Positions 1 to 8,216 of a DNA stretch of 64,000 bases are shown piece by piece. Position 1 is the stretch's first letter. Every line of letters starts with the position of its first letter. Origin of the DNA: an uncultured Chloroflexia bacterium (GTDB lineage Bacteria; Chloroflexota; Limnocylindria; Limnocylindrales; CSP1-4); the NCBI GenBank assembly GCA_963813335.1, contig CAWEYL010000006.1:32001-96000 (forward strand), written 5' to 3'. The notes under the pieces were generated by a model. It was not told the origin of the DNA. It saw nothing but the letters and a program-made list of their open reading frames with translations, and searched no databases. The position numbers and the translations under genes were made by a program.

Positions 1-1650
1 CGGGGTCGCGTCGCGCGGGATCAGCTCCACGGCGCGGCGAGCGGCGGCGCGCGCGCCCACCGCATCGCCGGCCGCCCGGCGGACCAGGCCCAGCCGCTCG
101 TAGAGGAGGCCGATGCGGACGCGGTCGCGGCGGGCATCGAGCGCGCCGATCGCCGCTTCCAGGTATGCCGTCGCGCGTGAGGTCCGCCCGATGGCGAAGG
201 CGGCCTCGGCCGCCCGCTCCTGGAGGTCGGCCCGGTCCGAGCTGCGCACGTCGACGCGGCGCCGCGATCCAGCACCCACGGTCCCGGCCCGGTCGCTGAG
301 CGACAGCGCCAGCTCGAGGGCGTCCAGCTCGTCCGCGGCCGCGTGGCGGGCCGCGGCGAGATCCGCCGCCTCGATCGCGGACCGTCGGGCGGCCGGCGCG
401 TCGTGCGCCTCGAGCCAGTGCCGGGCGGCCGCCGCGGGCACATCGGCCAGGGCCGCGGCCAGTGACGCGTGATGCCGGGTCCGCGCCAGCGGCAGCAGGT
501 CCCGTTCGACCGCCGTGCCGATCAGCTCGTGCCGGAACCCCACCGCGCCGTCGCGCTCCACGAGGAACCCGTGCTCGACCGCTTCCGCCAGTCCGGCCGT
601 GACGTCGGCGTCCAGGATCCCGTCGCCGCGCCGCGGCGAGCTGCTCGAGCGCGGCGCCGGGCGCGACGTGTCGATCTCGAAATCGGCGGCGATCCGGGCC
701 AGCCGCGCCGGGTCCACCAGCCGCCCGGCCGGGGCCAGCAGGCGCAGCACCCGCCGGCACTCGACGGAGCGGACGGCCAGCCGCCCGACGACCAGCTCGT
801 CGAGCGAGCCCGACAGGGAGGCGGTCGGCAGCTCGCGCCGGGCGGCCAGCAGCTCCTCGGCCACGAGCGGGCTCCCGCCGGACCGTTCGGCGACCAGCAG
901 CAACAGGCTCGCCGACGTGCGCTCGCCCTCGATGCCTTCGATCAGCGCGGCCAGCTCCGCGCGGTCGAGCCGCGGCATCGACAGCCGCTCGAGCGGGTGC
1001 GGTGCGTCGGTGATGGTCGCCACCGCGGCGACCCACGGGTCGTCGTGCGGGATGATGTCCGGCTGGTCGGAGGCGACCAGCACGAGCCGCTGGTCCGCGG
1101 CGATCCGGGCGAGGAACGTGACCAGGCTGCGGGTCGCGGCATCGGCGCGGTGGAGGTCCTCGAGGATCAGCACCACCGGTCGCCGCTCGCCGAGCCGGCC
1201 AAGCATCCCGAGTACGCCCTCCATGGTCCGTGCCTGACGGCGTTCTGGCGCCCCCGGGCGGATCCCGTCGAACGACCAGCCACGCCGCTCGAGGTGGGCC
1301 CGCAGCGGCGGGAGCAGCCGCGCGACCTCCACTGCCGCCGGTCCGAGCACCGCATCGAGGTCGTCGTCCGGGAGCGCGGCCAGCACCGGCCCGATGGCCC
1401 GGACCAGCGGCCCGTACGGCTCGTCGGTGCCGGCGGGCATCGCACCACCGCGGAGGACGGTCATCGGCTCGCTCAACGCGGCGATCCGGCCGGTCGCCTC
1501 GTCGAAGAAGCGGCTGATGCCCACACCCGCGGGGCCGCTGACCAGCATCGCCCGGGCGCGGCCATGGGCCGCATCGTCGAGCACGGCCGCGAGCCGCGCG
1601 AAGGCGTCCTCGCGTCCGACGTACCGCGCGCTCACGTATCGGCCGGGCAT
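1..1650 (-). CDS. AAA/STAND-type ATPase of the large LuxR-family regulators (5' part; runs off window)
   Basis: Manual translation from ATG 1650: MPGRYVSARYVGREDAFARL...LVSGPAGVGISRF (Walker A-like), PVVLILEDLHRAD (Walker B). Absent from the ORF track, consistent with no stop before the window edge. TAGAAT -10 lies 5 nt upstream. Confidence 0.8.
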   Translation of the reverse strand, partial: MPGRYVSARYVGREDAFARLAAVLDDAAHGRARAMLVSGPAGVGISRFFDEATGRIAALSEPMTVLRGGAMPAGTDEPYGPLVRAIGPVLAALPDDDLDAVLGPAAVEVARLLPPLRAHLERRGWSFDGIRPGAPERRQARTMEGVLGMLGRLGERRPVVLILEDLHRADAATRSLVTFLARIAADQRLVLVASDQPDIIPHDDPWVAAVATITDAPHPLERLSMPRLDRAELAALIEGIEGERTSASLLLLVAERSGGSPLVAEELLAARRELPTASLSGSLDELVVGRLAVRSVECRRVLRLLAPAGRLVDPARLARIAADFEIDTSRPAPRSSSSPRRGDGILDADVTAGLAEAVEHGFLVERDGAVGFRHELIGTAVERDLLPLARTRHHASLAAALADVPAAAARHWLEAHDAPAARRSAIEAADLAAARHAAADELDALELALSLSDRAGTVGAGSRRRVDVRSSDRADLQERAAEAAFAIGRTSRATAYLEAAIGALDARRDRVRIGLLYERLGLVRRAAGDAVGARAAARRAVELIPRDATP

Positions 1651-1730
1651 GGGCCATTCTATGCCGGCCCCTGCACGCCAACGGACGGCCGTCGCACGCG
1701 GCGGGCGGGCCTGCCCTACGCTGCCCCACG

Positions 1731-2663
1731 ATGACCGACGGCCGACCCGCCCCCCACCCGGACAACACGCTCAACGAGCTGACCGGCGAGGAGTGGCTCT
1801 ACTTCACCAAGTCGGTCCTGACCACGGCGTACCCGTCGGAGCTCGGCCATGCGGCACGGCGGGCCCACGGCGCGAACAAGCCGCCGCGGCTGATGGCCCG
1901 GCTGATCGAGTTCTTCACGCGGACCGGCGAGCTCGTCCTGGACCCGTTCGCCGGCGTCGGCGGGACGCTCCTCGGCGCGGCCATCGCGCGCGGGCCGCGG
2001 CGCGCGATCGGGATCGAGCTGGAGCCGCGCTGGGTCGAGGTCTACGAGGCCGTCGCGCGCGACCTCAGCGCCGAGCGCCAGGGGGCCGGCCCGCAGATCG
2101 CCGACCTCGGGCCGACCGATCCGGGCGGCCCGCGCGGCTTCGACCCATCCGGCTGCGAGCTCCGGCTCGGCGACGCGCTGGCACTGCTGCCGTCGTTCCC
2201 CGATGACTCCGTCGACTTCGTCGCGACCGACCCGCCGTACAACGTCCAGCTGCCGCTGACCATGGCCGGCGGCAAGCTGGCGGAAGCGCACGCGAACCGG
2301 CGGACCGACTACGCGATGGTCACCGACTCAGCGGCGGACCTCGCCAACGCCCCGGACTACGCGACCTTCCTCGACCGGATGGGCGACGCCTTCGCCGAGA
2401 TCGAGCGGGTGCTGCGGCCCGGCCGCTACGCGGTGTTCATCGTCCGCGACGCGTACCAGGGCGGACGCTACCTGTTCACGGCGGCGGACCTCGCGGCTCG
2501 CGCGGCGGCCACCGGGCTGGTGCCCAAGGGCGACCTGATCTGGTACCAGGCGGGGACCCGCCTACGGCCGTACGGCTACCCGCGGGCGTTCGTCCCGAAC
2601 ATCGCGCACCAGCACATCATCGTGCTGCGCAAGGACCCGGAGCGGCGTCAGACGGCTCGCTGA
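1731..2663 (+). CDS. Orphan N6-adenine/N4-cytosine DNA methyltransferase
   Basis: HGANKP, VLDPFAGVG (SAM-binding motif I), TDPPY (motif IV), RVLRPGRY. Confidence 0.85.
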   Translation: MTDGRPAPHPDNTLNELTGEEWLYFTKSVLTTAYPSELGHAARRAHGANKPPRLMARLIEFFTRTGELVLDPFAGVGGTLLGAAIARGPRRAIGIELEPRWVEVYEAVARDLSAERQGAGPQIADLGPTDPGGPRGFDPSGCELRLGDALALLPSFPDDSVDFVATDPPYNVQLPLTMAGGKLAEAHANRRTDYAMVTDSAADLANAPDYATFLDRMGDAFAEIERVLRPGRYAVFIVRDAYQGGRYLFTAADLAARAAATGLVPKGDLIWYQAGTRLRPYGYPRAFVPNIAHQHIIVLRKDPERRQTAR

Positions 2664-4210
2664 CGCGCGGCGAGGTAGGCGGCCAGGACGTCGTCGTCGA
2701 TGTCGCTGTCGGACTCGCCCATCGTCCACGTGTCGGCGGAGACCGGCAGGCTGGCGGTCGGGGATTCCACGACGGCCGGCGCCGGGCCGACGACGTCCCC
2801 GAGGGTCATCTTGTGGATCCAGCCGCGGCCGCCGTTGGGGGCCTGGACGAGACAGTAGACGCCCTGCCGCTCCATGACCACGACCTCGTCGCCGGTGCCG
2901 AGGACGCCGATCTCGTTGGCGCGCAGCTCGTCGGGGGCGTCCAGGAGGCGGACCACGGTGTAGCGGACGAAGCGACGCTCCTGGCCGGCCATGGCCAGGC
3001 CGTCGTCGAAGCGCAGCCGTGGCGCGTCGTCGGCCTCCCGCAGCGGGTCGGCCTTGCGGGCCAGCATCAGCGACGGCCGGCGCCAGCGTGGGAGGAGCGA
3101 TTCCATCTCGGGGGTCAGGTCGTCACCGACGAGGTCCAGGTCCTCCGCCTCGCCGTCCGCCGCACCGGCCGCGCCGTCGGCACCGATCCCGATGCCCCGC
3201 GACGCGAGATCGGCGAGCTCGTCGTCGGTCCCGGGCTGCTGCTCGTCGCGGCGCTTGCGGCCGAACAGCCCCAGCGCCATGGACGCCGTGGCGACACCGG
3301 TGGTCGTGACCAGGGTCGGGGCGAGCGGGAGGATCGGCAGGTGCGGCGGGAGCCCGATGAAGGTCAGGACGGCCGCCATGGGGCCCCACGCGGTCGGGTC
3401 GGCCGGGTGGCCCCCGGTCGGGCGCGGCCCGCTGGGCGGATCGGGCTGGCCGCCCGTGCCGTCGCCGGGCGTGTCCGTGCCGCTGCCCGGCGGGACGAGG
3501 GCGATCGCGTCCGGGGACGCGCTCGGGGCGGGCGTCGCCGTGGGGAAGACGAGGATCCAGGGCGGCGGCGTGCCGTCGGGCGTCGAGCCGCCGTCCGCCA
3601 TCCCCCCGACGACCGTCGGGACCACCACGCCGCCGGCCACCGGCGTCGCGGTCGGCGACGGCTTGACCAGCTGGGGCGCCACGACGGGCGCCGGATCCGG
3701 GCGGTGCGTGGCGGTCGGCGGCCGGGACGTCGGCTTCGGCCTGGGCTTGGGCGTCGGCTTCGGGCTCGGCGTCGGCTTCGGGCTCGGCTTGGCCGGCACC
3801 GCGACGACGATCGTGCCCGCGGGCAGGCTGACCAGCACGTTCCGGTCGCTGCGCGCCTCGAAGGCCACGGCATGGCTGCCGATCGGCAGGAGACCCGACC
3901 AGCGGTAGGTGATGCCGTCGCTCCAGTCGCGATCGCCGTTGCGCGACATCCAGTGGGTCGTGCCGTCGATGCGTACGCGGACCCAGTCCGGCACCCAGTG
4001 GCGGCCAGACGAACCGTCGGTGTAGGTCACCCGGAGGCCGAAGGTCGTCGAGGGGCTGCCGGTGCGCGGGTCCACGACCGGATCGCTGAGCGCCGGGCCG
4101 GCCGCGGCGACCGGTCCGGCCACCAGCGCGAGCAGCCACAGGGCAGCGCTGACCGCCACGATCGGGGCGGACGCTCGTGTGGTGACCCGCGGTCGATGCG
4201 CGACGCGCAC
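2648..4210 (-). CDS. Membrane-anchored protein: signal peptide, beta-rich domain, PKP/Pro linker, hydrophobic segment, C-terminal SH3-like domain
   Basis: 520-aa ORF; N-terminal hydrophobic AxA signal; KPTPSP repeats; IGVLGTGDEVVVMERQGVYCLVQAPNGGRGWIH resembles SH3b. Confidence 0.65.
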   Translation of the reverse strand: MRVAHRPRVTTRASAPIVAVSAALWLLALVAGPVAAAGPALSDPVVDPRTGSPSTTFGLRVTYTDGSSGRHWVPDWVRVRIDGTTHWMSRNGDRDWSDGITYRWSGLLPIGSHAVAFEARSDRNVLVSLPAGTIVVAVPAKPSPKPTPSPKPTPKPRPKPTSRPPTATHRPDPAPVVAPQLVKPSPTATPVAGGVVVPTVVGGMADGGSTPDGTPPPWILVFPTATPAPSASPDAIALVPPGSGTDTPGDGTGGQPDPPSGPRPTGGHPADPTAWGPMAAVLTFIGLPPHLPILPLAPTLVTTTGVATASMALGLFGRKRRDEQQPGTDDELADLASRGIGIGADGAAGAADGEAEDLDLVGDDLTPEMESLLPRWRRPSLMLARKADPLREADDAPRLRFDDGLAMAGQERRFVRYTVVRLLDAPDELRANEIGVLGTGDEVVVMERQGVYCLVQAPNGGRGWIHKMTLGDVVGPAPAVVESPTASLPVSADTWTMGESDSDIDDDVLAAYLAARQRAV

Positions 4211-4407
4211 GCTGGCATTGCCTCCTGCAGCCTCGGGCAGTCTTCGGTGCCCGTGCGAGGATGGCTTCGTGCAGGGGGGTCCGACAATGGTACGGGGGTC
4301 ACGCAGCGCACGGGACCACCGGCGGTCGGGACCGGACCGGTAAGGTCCGTGGCGGTCTGGTGTGGCGAGTGGTCCGACCGGCCGGCCGTCGGTAGCCCGG
4401 AGAGGCC

Positions 4408-5124
4408 ATGGGCATCCGCCGCCGGACGGCGCACCATCCGCGAATGCAGCTGACGACGATGGGGATGGAGGATCGACGAAGAGGCGGATCGGTCGTCACC
4501 GGGACGATCGAGGGGGCGATCCTCGCCCTCGGAGGCCTGCTCGTCGCCTACGTCGCCATCCGCACCCCGTTCCTCGCGCTGCTGACGCATGCCCTGCGCC
4601 CCGGGGCGACCCCGCCGGATGGGACCCTCACCATCGTGGTGCTGATGGTCGTGCCGATCGCCTTCGTGGCCGTCGGGACCGACCGGCTGGCGCGGGTCGT
4701 GGCGGCCATCCGGGACCGCCATCGCCGGCGCGACTGGGTCGGGCTGCTGCCGGCCGGGATCGTGGCGTCGCGGACCGTGGACCTGGGTGACGGCCGTCCG
4801 GCCCCGACCCTCGTCGCCGGTCCCTACGGCCTCGCCGTCGTCCGCGAGGTCGACATCGCGACGGCCGAGGACGTGGAGCTCGCGACGCGCGACACGGACC
4901 GGATCCGCCGCTGGCTGACGCGCCACGAACAGGACTTCGTCGTCCGCCTCTACACCGCGGTCGCCGCGCCGGAGCATGACCTCGTGCGCACGCCGGCGTG
5001 CGCGCTCGTCACCCCGGAGCAGCTGCCGTCATGGCTGGCCATGCTGCCGAACCAGCGCAGCCTGACGTCGAGCCGACGCGACCGGCTCGCCCGGATGCTC
5101 GGGGCGGCCGACGCGGACTGGTAG
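4408..5124 (+). CDS. Membrane protein with degenerate NERD-like domain (start may be 4444)
   Basis: Two TM helices, then LVAGPYGLAVVRE and VTPEQLPSWL, resembling the NERD fold. Confidence 0.55.
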   Translation: MGIRRRTAHHPRMQLTTMGMEDRRRGGSVVTGTIEGAILALGGLLVAYVAIRTPFLALLTHALRPGATPPDGTLTIVVLMVVPIAFVAVGTDRLARVVAAIRDRHRRRDWVGLLPAGIVASRTVDLGDGRPAPTLVAGPYGLAVVREVDIATAEDVELATRDTDRIRRWLTRHEQDFVVRLYTAVAAPEHDLVRTPACALVTPEQLPSWLAMLPNQRSLTSSRRDRLARMLGAADADW

Positions 5125-5195
5125 GGGAGCCAGGACTCGAACCTGGAACCAGCGGGATATAAGCCCGCCGCTCTGACCGATTGAGCTACTCCCCC
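5119..5195 (-). tRNA. tRNA-Ile, anticodon UAU, CCA encoded
   Basis: Minus strand GGGGGAG TAGCTCAATCGGTCAGAGC G GCGGG CTTATAT CCCGC TGGTT CCAGG TTCGAGT CCTGG CTCCCCT A CCA. Full cloverleaf; anticodon TAT at 5161-5159; discriminator A73. Confidence 0.93.
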
Positions 5196-5244
5196 GCCGC
5201 GATGCTACACCCGTCGACCAGGTGATCCGGCGACAGGCCGAGCC

Positions 5245-5544
5245 TCAGTTGCTCCCGCCGAGCAGGCGTCCGGCGATCGCCCGCAGGCTGAAGGGCCGCG
5301 GCTGGAGGCCGTCGCTGCCGTTGGTCCCACCGTCGAGCGCCAGGGCGTGCGACCCGGTGGTCCCGTAGGCGCGTGCCGGGAGCGACGACGCGTAGCGGTG
5401 CTCCTCGGGGGTCTGGTCCATCTCGAGCGGCAGCTCGTCGGGGTCGAAGGGCCGCGGCGTCAGATCGACCGGCGCAGCCGGGCGCGCATACGCAGGAGCC
5501 CCGTAGAGCTTCGGCAGCGCGACATGCTGTTCGTCGATGGACAA
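5245..5544 (-). CDS. Small hypothetical protein
   Basis: 99-aa ORF with protein-like composition (KLYGAPAYARP), TTG start. Confidence 0.6.
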   Translation of the reverse strand: MSIDEQHVALPKLYGAPAYARPAAPVDLTPRPFDPDELPLEMDQTPEEHRYASSLPARAYGTTGSHALALDGGTNGSDGLQPRPFSLRAIAGRLLGGSN

Positions 5545-5679
5545 CGCGGGACCTCGATCTGGGCGGCGAGGCGTCGGTCGGGGCCGACCCTATCCGATGA
5601 TAGCGTCGGAAGATACCGGAGCATAGTACCGATGGGCGTCCGTTCCCGTGCGCGGACGGGCATGACCCGGTGCGTCCGG

Positions 5680-6093
5680 TCAACCCATGATCGGGCGGAT
5701 CACCTGCACCGCGACGACCATCACCAGCCAGGCGATGGGCACGGCTGCGAAGAAGCCCAGCGCCGCGCTCCAGCCGCTCCGGCGGACGACCGTCCCTGAG
5801 CCCGTCGGCTGGGGGACGATGAGGTACGTGACGACGCTGCCGATCAGCAGCACGAGGATCGCGTACAGCGCCAGGCCGAGGAGGCGCAGGTCGCCGCCCG
5901 GCAGCACGACACCCCGGCTCAGCGCGACGTCGTAGGCGACGTACAGGACGGCCAGGACGACCGCCACGATCAGGCTGGACGCGACGGCGCGGACGATCGG
6001 CCGGGGCGCGTTGCGGAACTGGCGCCAGCGGACCTCGGCCCACGAGCGCTGGCGGACCGGGCCGGCCGGGGGGACGGGTCGTTCGGCCGTCAT
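5680..6093 (-). CDS. Small integral membrane protein (3 TM)
   Basis: Hydrophobic helices; starts 1 nt after the stop of the upstream lyase gene. Confidence 0.75.
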   Translation of the reverse strand: MTAERPVPPAGPVRQRSWAEVRWRQFRNAPRPIVRAVASSLIVAVVLAVLYVAYDVALSRGVVLPGGDLRLLGLALYAILVLLIGSVVTYLIVPQPTGSGTVVRRSGWSAALGFFAAVPIAWLVMVVAVQVIRPIMG

Positions 6094-6094
6094 C

Positions 6095-7330
6095 TCAGTC
6101 GTTGCCCAGGATCGTGAGCGTCCGGCGGGGCGGGATGGTCTCCGGCGTGTGGGCCGCCAGCAGCGCGACCCCCTCGGCGAAGCGGTCCAGCTCCTCGTCG
6201 GACGTGAAGAAGCCGACGCTGATCCGAAGCGCGTCGAGGCTGTCGATGGTGCGGGCGATGGCGAAGACGCGACTGCCCAGCTCGGCGAGCGCGGCCGCGG
6301 CGGGCCAGCCGGCGATCCGGAAGGTGACCAGCGTGGCCATCTGGTGCATCGGCGTCAGGACCGTCACGCCGGGGATCGCCGCGAGGCGATCGGCCGCGCC
6401 GCGGGCCGTCGCCTGCCCGCGCGCGTGGATCCAGTCGAGCCCCACGAACATCGACAGCCACGAGATGGCCCGCGCCATCCCGAGCACCGACGGGCGGTGC
6501 ATGCCCGACCACTCGAAGCGGCGCGCGTTCGGGTGGAAGACCGCCGTGCCGTCGGCCGCGTGCTGCTCGAAGCTGAAGTGGCCGGCCAGGGCGGGCGTGA
6601 GACGCTCGACGAGCCACGGGCGGACCGCCAGCGCGCCCATGCCCTCGGGTCCGAGCAGCCACTTCTGGGCCGCGACCGCGTAGGCGTCGGCGCCGGTCGC
6701 CTCGAGGTCGGTGCGGATCGCGCCGGCGCTCTGCGCGCCGTCGACGACGAGGATCGCCTCGTGGTCGTGGGCCAGCTCGGCGATCCGGGCGATCGGCAGG
6801 ACCGCGCCGGTCGTCCACAGGACATGCGAGGCAAGGACCAGGCGGGTCTTCGGGGTGATGGCCGCCTCGATGGCGGACAGGGTCCGGGCGTCGTCGCCGC
6901 CGTCGCCGATGTCCACGATGTCGGCCCCGACGCCGACCGCCCGGGCGGCATAGACCGGACCGAGGACGCCGATGTGCTCGGCGTTCGTGGTGACGATGTG
7001 GTCGCCGATGCCGAGGCCGAGGGCCAGGACGACCGCGTTGATGCCGTCGGTCGTGGAGTGGGTCAACGCGATCGCCGCTGGATCCGTGGTCAGCAGGGCA
7101 GCCACCGCGGCCCGTGCCTCGGCCAGCCGCTCCTGGAACTCGAGCCAGTCGTCCATGTGTCCGCGGCCCTGGGCGAGCTCGCGCGCGGACGCATCGGCCA
7201 TCGCGGCCGCGACCTCGACGGGGAGCGGCCCGACCGAGCCGGTATTGAGGTAGATGCCCGCGGCGAGGGCCGGCAGCGCTGCGCGAACAGCCGCCAGTCG
7301 CTCCGGGTCGGGCATGAACGGGGCGACCAC
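6095..7330 (-). CDS. Class V PLP enzyme, cystine C-S lyase (C-DES)-like
   Basis: YLNTGSVG, SHVLWTTG, VDGAQ, AAQKWLLGPEG (PLP Lys), LRIS. No Cys in the protein. Start GTG 7330 (TATGAT 6 nt upstream) or ATG 7315. Confidence 0.85.
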   Translation of the reverse strand: MVAPFMPDPERLAAVRAALPALAAGIYLNTGSVGPLPVEVAAAMADASARELAQGRGHMDDWLEFQERLAEARAAVAALLTTDPAAIALTHSTTDGINAVVLALGLGIGDHIVTTNAEHIGVLGPVYAARAVGVGADIVDIGDGGDDARTLSAIEAAITPKTRLVLASHVLWTTGAVLPIARIAELAHDHEAILVVDGAQSAGAIRTDLEATGADAYAVAAQKWLLGPEGMGALAVRPWLVERLTPALAGHFSFEQHAADGTAVFHPNARRFEWSGMHRPSVLGMARAISWLSMFVGLDWIHARGQATARGAADRLAAIPGVTVLTPMHQMATLVTFRIAGWPAAAALAELGSRVFAIARTIDSLDALRISVGFFTSDEELDRFAEGVALLAAHTPETIPPRRTLTILGND

Positions 7331-7335
7331 GGCCG

Positions 7336-7342
7336 TATCATA
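7336..7342. promoter_or_regulatory. Overlapping divergent -10 boxes (TATCAT on +, TATGAT on -)
   Basis: TATCATA in the 18-bp gap between GTG 7330 (-) and ATG 7349 (+); each box is 6-7 nt from its start codon. Confidence 0.6.
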
Positions 7343-7348
7343 TCGGCG

Positions 7349-8194
7349 ATGAGCGGCCTCGCCCGTCCCGAGCATCTCGCCACGACGGACTGGCTCGCAG
7401 AGCAGCTGGGCCGCCCCGGTATCCGCGTGGTCGACGCGCGCTGGCGGCCGGACGGCAACGCCCCCGCCGTCTACGCCAGCGGCCACGTCCCGGGTGCGGT
7501 CCCGATCGACTGGCGGGTCGACCTGAGCGACGACCAGCCGGAGGGCGAGGCGATCCTGCTCGCCGGACCGGACCGGATGGCCGCCCTCGCGGCACGGCTC
7601 GGGATCGCGAACGGCACGACCGTGGTCGTCTACGACGATACCCAGGGCCTGTACGCGGCCCGCGTCTGGTGGAGCCTGCTCGCCTACGGGCACGGCTCCG
7701 TGCGCATCCTCGACGGCGGCTACCCGGCCTGGGTCGGCGGCGACAACCCCGTCTCGAATGCCCAGGTCCAGGTGCCGGCGGGCCCCGGCTTCGACCTGCG
7801 GGGACCGGGCCGGATCCGACTGACCACCGCCGACGTCCGCGGGCTCCTCGGCTCCCCGGACGTCCTGCTCCTCGACGCCCGGCCCGCGGCGGACTACAAG
7901 GGCTTCGAGGGCAACACCAAGCGCCTGGGCCACATCCCCGGGGCGCTCAACGTGCCGGTGGGGGCGATGAGCCGGCCGGGCGAGCAGCGGCTCCGCGACG
8001 GCGCCGACCTGCGCCGCCAGCTCCACGCCGCGAACGTGAGCCGCGGGCGCCGGATGGTCTGCTACGACGGCTCCGGGGTCGCGGCCGCGAAGCTCGCCTG
8101 GATCCTGACGCTCCTCGGCCACGAGGACGTCGCCGTCTACGACGGCGGCTGGGCCGAATGGGGCGACCGGCTCGACCTGCCGGTCGATCGGTAG
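7349..8194 (+). CDS. Tandem-domain rhodanese/sulfurtransferase (SseA-like) with Asp at the catalytic Cys position
   Basis: GHVPGA, VVYDD, LDGG, GHIPGA, VCYDGSGVAA, YDGGWAEW. Confidence 0.88.
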   Translation: MSGLARPEHLATTDWLAEQLGRPGIRVVDARWRPDGNAPAVYASGHVPGAVPIDWRVDLSDDQPEGEAILLAGPDRMAALAARLGIANGTTVVVYDDTQGLYAARVWWSLLAYGHGSVRILDGGYPAWVGGDNPVSNAQVQVPAGPGFDLRGPGRIRLTTADVRGLLGSPDVLLLDARPAADYKGFEGNTKRLGHIPGALNVPVGAMSRPGEQRLRDGADLRRQLHAANVSRGRRMVCYDGSGVAAAKLAWILTLLGHEDVAVYDGGWAEWGDRLDLPVDR

Positions 8195-8216
8195 GGCGGG
8201 TCGGGGCCCGCAGGCC

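Noticed and set aside
469-1734. Long antisense or alternate-frame ORFs (e.g. 469-1734, 8137-10509, 41700-43793, 45906-48032)
   Set aside because: Shadow ORFs of high-GC coding strands; Arg/Pro/Gly-rich and motif-free
1731-2663. Restriction-modification or antiphage system with the neighbouring STAND ATPase
   Set aside because: No nuclease or effector; the ATPase resembles LuxR-type transcription regulators
5119-5195. tRNA as the integration site of an island
   Set aside because: No integrase, and no duplicated tRNA 3' end noticed in the window
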